Below, in pieces: positions 37,343 through 52,600 of a stretch of 64,000 bases of DNA; within the stretch, counting starts at the first letter, position 1, and each line of letters opens with the position of its first letter. This DNA comes from Lingula anatina (Eukaryota; Animalia; Brachiopoda), in the NCBI GenBank assembly GCA_051362555.1, contig CM120640.1, positions 17,670,001 to 17,734,000 on the forward strand, written 5' to 3'. The notes beneath the pieces are model-generated. The model made no database searches. It was not told the origin of the DNA and worked only from the letters and a program-made list of their open reading frames with translations. Both the position numbers and the translations under genes were made by a program.

Positions 37343-40177
37343 GTTTTGCATTCTCTCTCTTCTTCTTTATGGTCTCTGTGGCCTTCTTCCCCATGCCACA
37401 CAGCAGTGCCTTAATCGACGGTGTTAATCTAGCAAAACGCAGTATACACAAAATAATACTGCTGCTGATATTTATCATGGTGTGAAGCGCCTTAATAATG
37501 GGGCAGTTTCGATAAAAAAACTCATATAAACATAAAGTGCGTTATTTCTACCGGGCCTGCAGGTGTAAATAAACATAAAAATAAAAAAAGAAACAAATGC
37601 ACATGGGTTGATGATAAGCACAGACGTCAGAACGCATTTAGATTATTATTCCGGAAAAGATTATTTGCTTCAACGTAAAGATTTTATGTCTTTGCGTGTT
37701 TAACAGATGTGCTTTTTTATGATTAATCCTAGTTTCCAAATGTCTAAGAAAATTTCTCATTATCATGTTTAAAATTACTGTATTAGGCTGAATTATTCTT
37801 TAGGCGCATCCTTTGCACGCGAGTAATTTGTCCCGAAACATTTCCAACGTCTTCTGAGGAAATATAAGGTTTCATGATAAAATGATCTAAAATTTTCCTT
37901 CGATTCATGGGGAATGTACACGCTATTACAAAAGAAAAAGACTAGCAATATATTCACTTCAGGTTTTTTATTTAATACCATTGCGTAGACACCTGTCAGT
38001 TCAAGTCATTATTTTAAGATCATTGTTAAATAGATAGTCGGAATGTAGAAAAGCAATGTATGGACAATCATGTATTTAGTTACAGGAAACGTCGAACAGC
38101 CCCAGGGATGTCACGGTAAAAATTCATGTCCTTCGATGTTGTGGAGATAATGTAATCAGACAGTGGCATTCATTTGTCTGACTGCCTGTCCTTCAGTCTG
38201 TTTCACTGTAGCAGGATAACTAAGAAACAATGGATGCATATGTTAAGAACGTGGCTGGATATCCGTTGAATCTAAAGATAAATGGCTACCCTTTTTCTTT
38301 TCTCTCGGGCCTTACAAATTAAATTATCGTTTGTTATTTCGAGCCGCAAATTTGTGATTGTGATCGTCGAATTAACAACATAAACCGCGATTTCATGGTG
38401 CCATCGTACAAATTCTTGTTGCAAACACCGCAATATAAACTGGGAACCACAAGTACCCTCATCTTCCCGTTCAAGACAGTCCGTATGTGCCTGAGATTAT
38501 CGAAAGCGCATTAATTATTCTTGTTTTAATAGTTTGCGGTCCATAAAATAAATCCGTATGTAAAGAGCGAGAGTGAGAACTCGGATTAAAGCTGGCCAAA
38601 TCGTTCGCAGTTTATATTTTGGTGTTCGTAACAAATTTTTTAACGATCTCACCATAATATAATGGGCACAGGCGTTAGTTCGGCAATCGCAAACCCGCGA
38701 CTCAAGATCAAAAAAGGCAATAATCGTTCATGAGGCCTGTTTCTGGCAGAGATTAACTTATTATATTCCAACAGTTATCTGTGACTTAGGCCTAAGCTAT
38801 TCTCTGGGGCTTAACATGTCAGATGACGTGAATAGTTAGTATGTCACTCTCATTGTAATCATACCGCATTCTTGTTTATTCACTGGACCATTTGGTTAGA
38901 TTTGACAGGTTTGATGTGATTCACTGGAAAAAGCTTTGCGCTTTACATTGCACATAAGGTGCTGCTTTTCAACCATGTAGACCCAGGGGTATTTCATGGC
39001 ACACATTTTCTGAAAAAGAGGTATAATCACTGGAAGTTACTACTAATATTTGCAGTGGGTGGCACAGCATTGCCAAATGTTAAAATCCGAGTGGAAACTC
39101 TGATGCATCATCTTGAATATTGTCACGTATTAGGATAAAGCTGATTGCTCCTATTTCGACGCAAAAATTGTGTAATGATAATGTATGTGACGATAGATCT
39201 CTGTTAGGATTTTCATATAAATGAACCCGAAGTAATACCACCATCATATTTTCATCCTGCATAGACCTATATGAGGATGTTTACCTCTAGTTTAGAATAT
39301 AATTGGTCAATAACAAATCAAATGGAGTTTTTATGATAGCCTTGTTGAAATATAGATCGATAAATTGAGGGACTATTGTAATTTCTTTGTGATTAAAATG
39401 AGCGATGCAAAGCATATGTAACTACGCACTTGTCAGTTGCTCTGTTGAATGGTATAAAGATTTAAAAGGTTCTGAGCTACATGAATTAAGTAAGAGTGCA
39501 GAGGCACTTCTTTAGCTCCCAAGGTTGGTTTGATTGGCAATAGCGGATCCAGGGGAGAGGCGGGGGGGGGGGGGGGGGGTACAGCGGGCTACGCCCCCTC
39601 TCCTCCCTAAAGATTGCTCGGAAAAATTGTTATCTTTGTGCTCCCTCCTTAGAGACGCCAGGGAGCTGTATACTTATTGCACTTTACAAAAAAAGCCAAT
39701 CTCTATAAAACGATTTTGGCAGATGACACTCTGGTGTCTGTTGACCGCGTGCGTTTCACGCTGAGCATTTCCCTGAGGACGTTTGTGCGTCCTTTCTCGA
39801 ACAGTTCACGAGGCAGACCGAGAATTTTGTTCAATTATTTCTAGAACACACCTGCCGCAGATTGACGCAAGTCAAGATAATGTCCCATTGATTCAAAGCT
39901 TAATAAAAGCACCATGAAGAAATATCCGACCAGCAAAAGGTTTGTTCTCATAAACATTTTATCTCCATCATTTTGACCTCGTTTATTATTTTGCAAGACC
40001 TTAGGCCTAAAATTAAAAAGCCATCAGGTCAGCCCTGTAGAGCGTAAAAACAGGTGCGTGCTGATATAAAAACAAGATGGACTTGTAAAACATGTTTTAC
40101 CTTTAGCATCATTTAATCCAAACATTGCAGAAAGTATCTTTTTTAGAGAAAATCATTCGGAAATAAGAAGCATAAAC

Positions 40178-40209
<32 letters not shown>

Positions 40210-42493
40210 TGATTCCATAATATGGAACCAATGAAGGCGTTTCTTGACATTCCGCACACCAAGCTTTTCCACTTTTTTCTTTTGGGTGCCAGTGCATTGG
40301 TCTGGGAGAAAAAATAATTTTTTTTTAATAAACGGATATCATCTCCCGGGAATTGCATTCCGAATTTTTCAGTTAAACTACTACTACAGTACTCACCTCG
40401 TTCGTAGCGGTGTATGGATTCAAACATTACTAGAATAAAGCCTCTGCTATATAATTAAATGAACTAATGAACAATAATAATTAATGGCAAATAACAATTA
40501 AGATGTGATTATTTTACGTTTCCGACTTTGAGCTCGTGACTGGAGTGAAAACTGTTTTATCTATAATTATGTCTTCCAATCTAATGTTAGGATATCACGT
40601 TGGCAGTTTCACGAAACCAATAACTAAACCCGGATCTCTACTATCTAGCCATTTAAAGGGCGTTCGAAATCAAAACGTTATATAAGGGCATAGTTGAAAG
40701 CTGCCAGGATAAGATGGAAACCCGTAAAACACTCGAACTCGGCCTCAAAGAAACCCTTCAGATATGAAACCAGGAAACAAAAACACGGCATCGATGCATC
40801 CAGAATATTTCTATAAAGGGTCTACATCGCCAGTTTATGAGGCTCAGTGAGAGGCTTGCACTTGGTGTGCTCTTCTTAATATTTATATGCTAATTATAAA
40901 TGTGTTAATTAAGCGTCTCCGTCAAATATACTGCAATTTAGCGTGCAGTCGCCAATTTTGAATGGAATTAGTCTCTTGCCTAGACATGATTAATTCCTCC
41001 TGATTTCCTGGCTTGTCCTCAAATAACTCTAGTGATTGGCTACTCACCTTTCCGTCAAGTAACGTTAACCATACCCCCAACCCCCAAGCGAGTTTGTTTG
41101 TTTGTGTTGGGTTTCCGGCGCGTGCCGCCTCTCCCTATATCAACTACAGCCCAGGGTGAAAACATCTCTATTATATAGACAGTTTGATTACACGTCTATT
41201 AGTCAGTGGCTCATATATCACTCATCATCACCGTGTTCATTAAGATCAACACACCTTTTCTTTTAACCATTCGTATCTGCGTTTTCCAGTAGATCAGGAT
41301 TCATTTATTGTGCAGGGGTTTTCTGCTCAATTTTGTAAATGAAAGGTGGACGGTATTATATCACCTGCGACGCCTATTGCCGGACTCGATCCTGTGATAC
41401 ATTCCTTACGCCATATTAAAAAATTTGCTAACTCGAAGTATTAAGGCGCAATTCATTTTTTGTCTAGTTATTTTCCTTTTGTTGATAAAAGTTATATTAT
41501 TCAGCATTACAGGTGTGTGTGTCAAAGGGAATAAATATATTCGATAAACTAAAAACTGCACATAACAGGTGCTGTAATGTTTGCAACTGCTTTACCTCCA
41601 CCTTTTCCTGCCTTTCTGCTGGCGTCTCCATTTACAACACACCTGTCGCCTTGTACGGGACAAAATAAACATGTTTCTTAATTATATATTAACCTTTATT
41701 TATCCAAGTTGACGTTATGAAGGCAAACAAGTGTAAATCACCTTAAACAAAACATTGAAAACGCTGAGCAATCAATAATTACATGAATAAAAAAAGAACG
41801 GCAGACTACCATGCACCTACAACAATTTCCGGTAAAAAAAACTCAAAAGCAGTCTTATTTTGTGATTTTTAAAATACTTTACACCACACCTTTGATACAA
41901 TGGGCACATCGTAATTCAATAGTGCTTTATTTTGTTTCAAAATCCCTTTATGTAGAGATTTGTTTTAAAAGTACAAAAACGGTTTCCAGTTTCGACTGAA
42001 AAAGCTGGGAGATCAGTAATGGTGTTGAACCACGTGGAACCAATATCACAAACCATCCATGACTTATTAATACTTGTTTAGATTATTGTGCAACGTTATT
42101 TTCATATTTTGGTTCTTTCCTTAACCTCTACTGCTCTACTGACATGTTAGTATTATGTTAAAAAAGAATTCTGACAGAGTGTTAGTCACTGACGTTTACT
42201 GCTACATGAGTTCCCATTAAAGGATTTATCTGATGTTATCTTTTACAGGCTTAGGAGCCAGAGGAGCGCTTATCCCTCTTTTTTTCAACCATGTTAGTTA
42301 TAAACACAGTATGCAAGGGCTAAGGGGCCCTGTCTACTTTTTTAACCAAAAAAATATATTTTGATAAATCATGAATATATTTAATTCGCTGGCCGAGATC
42401 CCACTCAACCCTTTGGTCAACTTCAAATATCGCCCCCCTCCCCACCGTCGCTAGGCTTAATCCTTAATTTTTCTGAATGGTACCCCCCCCCCC

Positions 42494-42541
<48 letters not shown>

Positions 42542-42628
42542 AGTTAATGGGCTATTTCACAATCTCCTGATATATCTCATGCCAACGTCAGAGGTGTGTG
42601 TTCCTACTTATGAATATCTTCCCTATCG

Positions 42629-42710
42629 CTGTTGTGCTGCAGTAGTTGACAACTACTGCAGCACAACAGTAGTAGTTGTCAACTACTGCAGCACAACAGT
42701 AGTTGACAAC
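42629..42710. repeat. 41-bp palindrome followed by ~30-bp tandem copies of its right half
   Basis: ctgttgtgctgcagtagttg-a-caactactgcagcacaacag (perfect 20-bp arms), then gtagttgtcaactactgcagcacaacagtagttgacaac. Confidence 0.9.
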
Positions 42711-45559
42711 TCATATTAAGAGTAGGTCTAGATCTAAAAGATAATTTGAAATCCGTTGTGACTTTGAGCATCACAGGTTCAAGTTTATTACGATTGATGA
42801 CTAACAACAAATAAATGTAAGCCCATGCTATTACTTACAGCTGCAACTATTATTGTATTTTTCCATAGCTTTTTTCATTTAGCTTTTTATTTAGGTATGA
42901 CTAGCATTGGAGTTTTTCTCTTGTTCTTAGATATTTAAAGTCCTGACCAGTTACTACTCTTTGCGCTTCGCATCGATCTCCCTTAAAGGGAATCTTTGAG
43001 GAGAGGGAGAAAAAGCATATTAGCAACAAAGGGGAGATCGTTTCATCAATATCAGTGCATGTAGTTGACTTTCATGTGGAACTCAAATCATCATGACACC
43101 CATCACTTTCGTTTACACAAGTCACTCCAGAAATCATTGGCCAATACATTCGTCCATACAAAATGTACTTTTAATGGTTATTTCTTAGTCAATCGTTTGT
43201 ACATTTAAAAAAAATGACAGAAAAGATGACAAAAGATTACTTTTTATTATTTCTATTTTCTTGTTATGTCTGGTCCCAAGCTTTTTCATTGGACAAAAAA
43301 GTGGTGTTGGCATTTGATTGATTGAAAAGGTTTAATTCATTTTCATTGGAGTGACTTTTTAATTCCCATTCTTGTTTTTGACGCCGTAAAGGAATACGTT
43401 CCATGTTTCCCTCTTCATTGACCGTACATGTATTTATTGTGCTGATTTTATTCACTGAATAAGTATCAGTACTTTTCATTCTGATTCAACCTGATCTTGT
43501 TACGTATATTACCTGTTTACGTTTACGTAACGCGACGATGCGTTTAAATCCACCACCCAGCCGTGAAAAGAGCGTAAGCACAGTAAACAGACAACGGGCA
43601 TATTTAAACAACGACGTGCACAAATTAAACAAGTACGTGCCATAGGGGCCAGGAGGACTGACGGTCGCTTTGAGAAGACAACATGGAAATTTGTTGAAAA
43701 TTAAAAGGGTTCAATTGCCCTGTTTAAACCTGTTGCCCTTGCCTGCACCTGTTGGGTACATGCACCGTCGTATTGGCACAGGTGGACACGGTGTTTTTAC
43801 TACTTTCATTATTTTCATTATTATTATTATCATTGCCTCTTTGCTCTGTGAGGTCGGGGGATGCCCCACGCGCACTAACAGAATGGTTTTAGTAAACTCT
43901 GCCAGAGAAACACTGATTTTAAGTTAAAGTATTGCGACCTTTGTCATCGATAGCAGATAATTGAATACAGTGCGTGATACAATATGACGCTCATCAGTCG
44001 TCCTCCTTTTATTGTAATTACCTTAAATGTGCGGGTGCAACATTGTACGGTGTTTGTCTTCTTGTTTGCCTACGTGGAAGTAGTGCATAAATAATAAATA
44101 CTAATCTATCGTAAAATTATGTGGAATGACTTCATGGATACTGTTTTACGAAAATCCATAAAAGCAAAGCGAATTACGTAATAGCTGTACAAAAGTAGCA
44201 AATGAAGAAAAGTTAAAAGCTTGACTATATTGATTTCTCCCAATATCTGATTTCCACCTTGACCAGGGGGTCACAGCTTACATTAACCACACTCAAATCT
44301 GCTATCCGCTCGGACACATGTATAAAAACTAGGATCAAGGAGAGCGAAAGGTATGGCTAAACAAATTTTTCTATTTTCTATATAAATTAATGAATAATAT
44401 TATCCTAATCGTCCCAGTCATAGTTTACTTATATGATTATGAACTTAAAGTAGTTGCATAAATAACTCGTTGGACCTAGGGGATATTTTGACGGTCCAAT
44501 ACTGAGCACTGCCATTGAATATGTGCCTCCCTTGAGGCGCACGGTAATCTATTACTATAACTATTTTAGCCACTAATATTTATACAGCTTTATTCGTGTA
44601 ACAAAGTTTGCAAGCACTGGCCACAATTGAGCTCTATGATCAGTTACTGAAAGTCAATGACTGTAGAAATCCCTGCCGGTAAACTGTGAATCAACGCATC
44701 GACAAACAATTGCCAACAAAAGAGGTCCAACCCCGACATACATGTAGCGTTTATAGGTATAAAAGAGCTACGCCGGAGTAGCCTAGCAAACCAATTTGCT
44801 ACATTATACCTGCATTATATCCAAGTTGAAAAACACAATACTCAACTTAAGGCATGGTTTTGTTAAATAATCACCACAATGCGGTTAAAATTGGTGCGAC
44901 GCGTAATTTCCCGGTCTTGCGCAATACGTGTGATTTTTTCCACTTCTCTTTCGAAAAGGGAATGGTTGTAAAACCATGTGAGAGAGAATGGTGAATTTTA
45001 ACAGGTATTCCCCCCTAGCGGCAATGAGATCGACACTCGCTTAAATAAGATAATGCATAATATAAATATGGGATTATGTAATGACACAATGGCTGACCGG
45101 TAATAATATACAAGTAACTTCTAGATCAGTAGAGCCATAGTAATCGCGAGGACCCAACAAACTATTCACATATTAAAGGCTTAGGTTTCCGAAATGTTCA
45201 CTCACCCCTTACAAACAATCGGGCCCCCAAAGTAATTTTGTCCATACGGGCTAGAAAACTTGAATGCCAGTCACGGGTCATTCATTTGAACTGCTCAAAT
45301 CGGCTGCTCTGTATCTCGGACAAAACGTCTGGACTTAACGATAAAAAGGTAGGTAAGACATACGTGACTGTGTGCAGAAAATCCAACTTGAGATTTAATG
45401 CACAAAAGGTGAAAAACCTGGAGGCATTCACCATTTGAATAGCCAGACGAAAGATCGTTTCCTTAAAAGCACAACTATTGTGCGACACACTAAAATGTCA
45501 ATGAAGCCGTGCAAGAACCTCAGAATCCGTGCTTCCTGTCAGTTTTAGGAGAGATACGC

Positions 45560-46484
45560 CAACCATAAAAAAGTATTCCTGGTGGACAAGTAGAACAGGT
45601 AATTTAAACGCTACCTGGGTTAGGTAATATTTATCTTGAAAACAGGACAGACAGGAAGAGGAGGCTAGAGAAAGATGGAACACCTATCTTCAAAGCTTGA
45701 TCGCTAGGTCTCCGACAGAAACGTCTTCTAGAAGTTTAAGAATTAGACGCCTACTACCCTATATATATGGAGGTACATATTATTGAGCAATATGATAGTA
45801 TTTGATTGAACCAGAGTGTTACGTTCCTTGCATGTCCGGTCTCTAGCGAACCTTGTAACAGCAGGATTTCGTTATCTCGCAAACCTGGCGTTTTTCTGTA
45901 AAATAGAGACTTATTTCTGTAAAATGAAGAATATTGGGGTTTACACGAGAGATGGCATATGATAGGGTTATGGAGGTGACAGTGGGAACTCGAGTACACA
46001 CGGTTTAGGTACGGGTCAGTTCTGCATCTGTATATAGTGATGGTGAATGTTACTGTAACCGAGCCAAATGATGCAACTATTAACATGCCACGGTGCTGCT
46101 GCGAATTCAGTTGACAATAAATGTCATCCATACTGCATGATCTCCGCTCGACCATTTAACAAACCAAGGCAGTTTATTGTAAAGAACCAGTGATTTGGGT
46201 GTCCTCTTTGCTCCCACATAATGCCTACTGGTCATAAGTAACCAGATCAAAGGACATGGTTGACTACCTATTTTCAATTCCACGCGGTGCGGTAACATGA
46301 AAATGGTGTTAAACCGTGTGTTGATGCAGGCAGGTATCCGCCCCCGGAAAGCGTGCCAATATCATGAAAATGTAAATTATTTATTCTCTTGTAGATCAAA
46401 AGATGGTTAAATGAGCTGGATAAACATCCAGCTTTTAAAAAAATAGAGTCCCGTTCAAAAAAAAAAAAAAAAAAAAAAAAAAAA
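45560..46484 (+). pseudogene. Possible heavily degraded retrocopy with PH-like and IRS-PTB-like fragments, ending in A28
   Basis: Stop-riddled fragments RTGNLNATWVR*YLS, EEEARERWNTYLQSLI (resembles a PH-domain C-terminal helix) and WELEYTRFRYG (resembles IRS-PTB W..LRRYG). No introns; poly-A at 46457-46484. Recognised by eye only. Confidence 0.25.
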
Positions 46485-48310
46485 ACGACGAATATGATTA
46501 TTTCTTGTAATTTGTGCTTTTTTTGGGATTTAAATGTCTACATTTCCCGTCTATTATCAGTGATGTACTACACGCCTACACTCAGACTTAAGCATGTGTG
46601 CCTGGGATTATCTATTCAGTTACTGTGTAATGTTTTCTCGTTTTCCATTATCATCGAAAAATATAATTTTGTCAGCAGACCTTAATGATGTATGGGCGCA
46701 ACAAATGCCACCCTTGTAAAACACGAGTACATGATATATGCCTGAGATTTTCTGTTTTTACTGTATGACATTTTTTGGATCCCCACACTCATCGAATAAA
46801 AAAATGTCAACTTACCATAATGATATATATGGGCGCAACAAATGTAACCTTTGTTAAGCGTGAGCATATAAAGGGCGTTCGTGTCCTGTCTGTTTCCACA
46901 TTCATAATACAAAAAGAGGGGGACATCTATTGTCGCCAAGACGTGTATGTGCAAAAGGGGATAATAAACTTTTTGTAAAATACGTCTATTCACAAGAAGA
47001 TGATGTAGACATTACTTCGTCCCTTGGCAAGCTGGCAGTCCCTTGCCCATACAAACACTAATGTGCTGGTTTTCATTTGCAAATTGCGAATTCGTAATAT
47101 TCGTCCAAGTTTAAAGGGATGAATTCTGACTTCTGTAGCTATTGAAAATAGTTGGTAGTCTATTCTTATTCAGTTGTTTATGTATTTCACTATAAAGCTG
47201 TATCTCACCGTATGTATCGTACTGGAACACCTTCATGTAATATTCTCTCTGGCAGAGTCAATTACCCCTAGTATACAGGGATGAGGATTGGCGCTAAGAG
47301 GCGTTCACAGACGCAATAAAGAGTCTAAATTGCATTTCATTAGGAGCAAATTCAATAAAATTGATGTCTTCCACATTCGGCCTATGAGTATGTACAGTAT
47401 TATGCGAGGAAATCACAATAAACCATTCATCGTTTTGTGGTATTGGTCAAATAACGACAGATATAGCTGACCGTGTTTTGACTTCGGGATGGGCCTGAGC
47501 CATTATTGATGATATCCCAATCGACCAAATTAATTGTGCGTATCCCCACTTACCGGCCAGGATGTTATCATATCATTATTTAAGATATTCAAAAACAGGT
47601 TCCATATCATACTGATCTCCTCAATATCAGTTGAAAACAATACTCTCGTTTTTCTATCACGCCACCGACAACCTTTAAATTATAACTATTTGAATAAAAA
47701 TGTTTACTTTCAAATGTAAATGGACAAAATAATCCAATATACGTAAATCCTTTTTGCTCACTTAACCTACAGTGAACGTGCTTTTGAATATAGACTTATC
47801 CCTGTGTGTATATTGTTTCATAAATAGTTGGCATACGATCAATTTTTCCATTTGCTGAACAGGGCATCTCTTTTCCGCTCTCTCTGCTGATAGTCAACTC
47901 ACGTCGTCTTTGATGTTCGATCAGAAGTTCACATATCTAAAAAAAAAAACAAACTTTATTTGTTTACGAAGAGGCGGCTCGCGGGATTGACAGCGAGGTT
48001 TTTGGTATGCGCGTGTCGGAAGCGTGCACCTGAGCGTCCCGGAGTGTTCGTGGTGCAAAGTGGGTATTGGATGAAACACCGGGAATTAATTATGATGGGA
48101 GATCTTCTTTCTCTTTACAGCTAAAGGCCAGAAATACTTCCACCCCGAGACCGAGGTAGAAAAGACAGAACATGTAAGTGTATATAAATTTAGCGCTGAG
48201 CCAAGGAGAGGTGAAGTAGGTAACACGAAGCCATTCATACAGATGAGAAGTGATCTGTGGGATTCTACGTTCATTTTATGTGAAATACAATTGACAACAC
48301 TCCACAGACA

Positions 48311-48404
48311 ATGAACACAGTAAGGATCTTTGGGGTCCTCGCTGGACTGTGCCTTAACCTAGGTACCTTTACCCTGGGGCAAGACACACGCCGGATTAAG
48401 ATCG
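48311..48404 (+). CDS. GRIK: Ionotropic glutamate receptor (kainate-like), coding exon 1: signal peptide
   Basis: MNTVRIFGVLAGLCLNLGTFTLGQDTRRIKI(G), donor ATCG|gtaagt, phase 1. Splices in frame to 56228, giving the iGluR N-terminal IKIGAVF motif. Confidence 0.8.
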
Positions 48405-49650
48405 GTAAGTTAGTCCAGATTTCTCGAATTAAATACTGTTTAATACACCTGTAGCCTTTTATTGTAGCGTCTTACTTTAGAGCAGATGTAGACGTCATAT
48501 TTAAGAATTGAATTGAGTCAGTATTTGGTGCCCTGTTTTTCATTATGCATTAACTCCCCCCTTTTCATGTGTACATCATCTTCACGCCTTATGATACAGT
48601 TACCTGACAAGGAATTATATACAGCACATTTGACAGGATTGTAACCTAACAAGATCACGACACATGCGGGTTGATGAAATTATTACTGCAACTGACTCTC
48701 ACTCTTTAATAACGTGTCTGTAGTTGGAAGGCATATCTTGCCATATACTACTGCACATAAAGATAAGTTTCAGAGTATGTACACAATGACTGCGTATGTT
48801 TTTTTCTGTGTGTGTGCGTGTGTGTCCGTGCGCGTGCGCGCGTGCATTGCGTGCTTAACTCTTTACAGGTGAATATCAATAGACATTTGTCGAATTGTAT
48901 GTGTTTGACAAGCTGGTATGCATAAAAATTTTAAGCAGAACTTATTTAGATTTTTTAAAAAATTAATATACGTGTCCAAAAGACTAAACCAAATGATACA
49001 TCTTTATTTTTATTCGAAACAGAACGCTTGTTTATACATTGGAACGACGGAATGCAAAAATTAAAACCTAAGTTCTCGGGAGTATTTGACTCGTACATTT
49101 AAACTGCCATAAACTCAAAATCAACTAGCAAGCTGCCATTCTCCCGAGGCTTTTAATCTCAGCGATTTACGAAATGAATATTCCCAAAGGATTACCCAAT
49201 AACCCCTTAGGTGAACCTTGATTGAGTGGGAGTGTGCGGTATGAATAAACTGGATGAAGACGCACGATGAAACACCCGCAGATCTTGTTTACCTAGACGG
49301 GACTTTTAACTACTTGAATTTAACATAATGGCGACTACAACCGACTCTTATTCACGATTCATTTGCGTTTTTTGTGAGTCTGACAGGTCGAAAAGTTTTT
49401 CTCTTTCTGTTTCCCTTATTTCTGCAATATATTTTCTCTTGGGTCAAGAATTTCTGATTTCTTTAAACTAATGTCTATTCTTTTATGTCCCTTTATTGCA
49501 ATCAATGATGGCCCTATCACATTTGTAAGTCTATAATATGATGAAAACGGAAGAGAAATAACTTATAATTGTGGATAAATGTATCGACCTTTTATATTGA
49601 AAATCACATGTTTGCGTGTCAGTTCGCAATACTCCTTTGCTAGAAATTGC

Positions 49651-49685
<35 letters not shown>

Positions 49686-52600
49686 AGGATTAGTGCTGTA
49701 GTTGTTGTTGTTTAAAGTATCGATGACTCTACCCTGATCGTTATTTCATCAGTGCCTTTCCGTATCCCGCTTCTCTCCAATTTCCCCTTCTTTACATCCA
49801 GTTAACACACCTCCAGTGTTATGGCCGAAGCACACACCTGTCTCGGACTGCTGCCCACTGGCTACCTTGCAGACATTTTTAGGAGTAATCTTCCTTCAGA
49901 TGGTCAGCCTTGATCGCATTTCCCAGGAAAACCGCGCTGATTGAAGCCGCGAAAATACGGGCGATATAAATACGTTTCAGTGTCAGACAGGCTGTAAAAT
50001 TTAAAAGGAAGTATTGACAATAAAATCAGATGTTCAAAGTTTTACAGAACTCCAATTAAAACACCCGTTGCACCAGGTTTGCGACCGCTGGGAGAGCGAG
50101 TTTTTTGTCCACCCTCATCCCAAAGTTTGGACTTTGACAATAATTGATAGTTAACATCAGACTCATATATTAGTGTTAATAAACTTTTAACATCGCAGCC
50201 TTTTTAGTTGCGTATTTTTGAAAAGGGCAGGAATTCATTCGTCAAGCAGTCTCAATCCCGATGTAACAAGGCTCAAGGAAGTGTGTGAGGGAGAAATAAA
50301 TAGATGGTTCAGCGCTGGCGTCCGATCACTTAAAGCTCATTTCAACAACCAATTAACCCTTCAACAATACTCCCATTCACTTAATGGGTCCTTTATCAAC
50401 ATCTTTCTTAATAATGGGAAACGGTTTGTCATTCAGAATATTGGAGTCCTAGCTCATATACCCTGTGATTTAAGGCAGCATTGCACTTCTCTTTCGTTAA
50501 ATTGAATGGTTTTTATGTTGTACCGGTATATCAGTTTCACCAAGCATGATTAATCAATTTTATATGGGTGAGCTCTATGATCACACCAGTAAGCTGATAC
50601 CGTGTGTTTTAACCCATCCTTGAAAAAGGACGTTAAGGTGGGGGGTGGGTACTCCAGTGAAGTTACGACATAGGTGATGCCTTGTAAAAACACGCCGCTG
50701 AATTTGCAGCACGTAATTGAGAGCATGGAAGCAGCACCAGGGTGCTACTGTAGAACACCTATATGAAAACACGTCAATATATATTCAACGAACGGCTGAA
50801 AGATATTTACGACACTTTTAATGAAATGGGGAACCTCGAATTTATAAAACACTACCTTTAAATAAACACCTCGAAATATTACAAAATATTCCATTTTCTA
50901 TCAGAGCTTGGTAAGGGCATTTTCTAACTTTTTGTTCACTGTTTTGCAAATGGCAATATATCTAATTTGCAGATTAGATTTTCACCAGTATTTTCACATT
51001 CAAGGCAAATGATTGTTTTTGGCAGACATTCATCTTTAAGTATGTGAAGTACGTCTAATAGCACAGAAGTAGAATAGAAAATGGAGTAGACGATGCCATA
51101 TGAAAAAAAAAACTGAAAAAAAAGTATTTTCGGTTTCTGCTTTGGCCATCCGGATGACCAGTTGTTCTGTTTGCCAATACAGACCTGCAATTAAACGATT
51201 TCTGCCTTATTTAGATGATTGGTTAACTATGCCTTGACCAATAAACTTTGTTGGTTATTCCAATATAAGCCAATCAGTCCGATTTTAATTTGATAAATGT
51301 TGTGATGGTCAGATAAATCTGTAGTACAACTGACCCATGCGGGATGTAGATTTGATCATTAGAATTTAGTAGGAAATTCTCAGTTTTATGGAAGCAGCCG
51401 GCGGCGCAGGTGTCCAGTCTTTAGACTCACGATTGACGTATCTGTAGTTTGCCTTTGCTATCAAAAGAAGCGTCTCTAAAACACAGCCGATTGGCGTATT
51501 AATTTCTACAAAATATACATCGGCAAAATAAACAGTTTTTTCTGCTTATTTATTTTTCAGCGGCAGCAAAGCGTGCTATACCATGAGAAAAATATTTTAA
51601 AAAATCACATGACGACTTGCCACGAAGTCAATCAACGTTATATATTATAGAAGACTGCGCGAGAAATCAAATATCGTAAAATCGTTATGGAAATATAACC
51701 TAATCACTTTCTTGAACCTAGGACATCGGTTAAGTTCCAACATGGCAATGGGGAACTCTACTTAAACTGATTATACTACCATTTCATTGGGTTTGCTGGG
51801 CCATTACAATAGGTCAAGAAGAAAATTGCCCAACGATTCTCAAAAGAATACACTATAAATCTAGAATTTGACGCATCACCTTTTGGGTGTCTGTGTCATT
51901 ACCTCGCCCACAGCATCAGAACAGTGGGGTCTCTGCGTTCATTGTGATTTTACTCTTCTATTTGAACCCTACATTGGAATTACGTTTTACAAACAATTCA
52001 AATGTGTTTTTTATAACAGACTTTGCGAAAAAAAAACACCCAGTCTTTCAACTGAATATGAATTAGCAGATTAAGATTAAAATAGTAACTTAAACATAAC
52101 TTTCCTCGATGCAGGCGAGCTGTAAGCAGTCATTACGTTGTTTGACATCCACACCAAGGTTTAATGACTCGTGTTATACATGCCACATTCCGGATTACCT
52201 GTTATCATCCACGCCTAAACTAAGAAAAATAAGTCCGTTAAGCTAGATGTCTCCGTCAGACGTAAGCAGGTGGGCCTGGATAATGACCCATCACTGGTAA
52301 CAAGCCTGTCTGTTTTTCTTTGGTCAGCGCCCCGGTATTGACCGTGTTTTTTGATACAACGAATTTCACCATAAGCGCTTCCAACGTAAATAATAAGTCT
52401 TATTTTATTAACACTCCCAGTTATCGCATTCCGTAATAATCCCAGAATGTATACGGTGCGCTCCCACGAGGCTGGGCAATACGCACACATGTTGTCAGTT
52501 CATATGTTTACAGAACTGTAACCAACAGTAACCACAAGTGTTGGCTATTCTCTATGTATCTAAGAATAAATTGTTATACAGTTCAACAATAAGGAGTCAC

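Noticed and set aside
39538-39610. gcggatccagggg plus G-run motif (similar C/G-run motifs near 1046-1093 and 42245-42500) as DNA-transposon ends
   Set aside because: They resemble ends of common invertebrate non-autonomous elements, but I could not pair ends or find TSDs.
42830-43520. Minus-strand gene or transposase remnant (71-aa ORF 43264-43479 and downstream fragments)
   Set aside because: No consistent exon chain or recognisable motif; the candidate intron is only about 22 nt.
46684-46870. Two diverged ~50-bp direct repeats (atgggcgcaacaaatg core)
   Set aside because: Only two copies with no associated structure; probably an old local duplication or TE-internal repeat.
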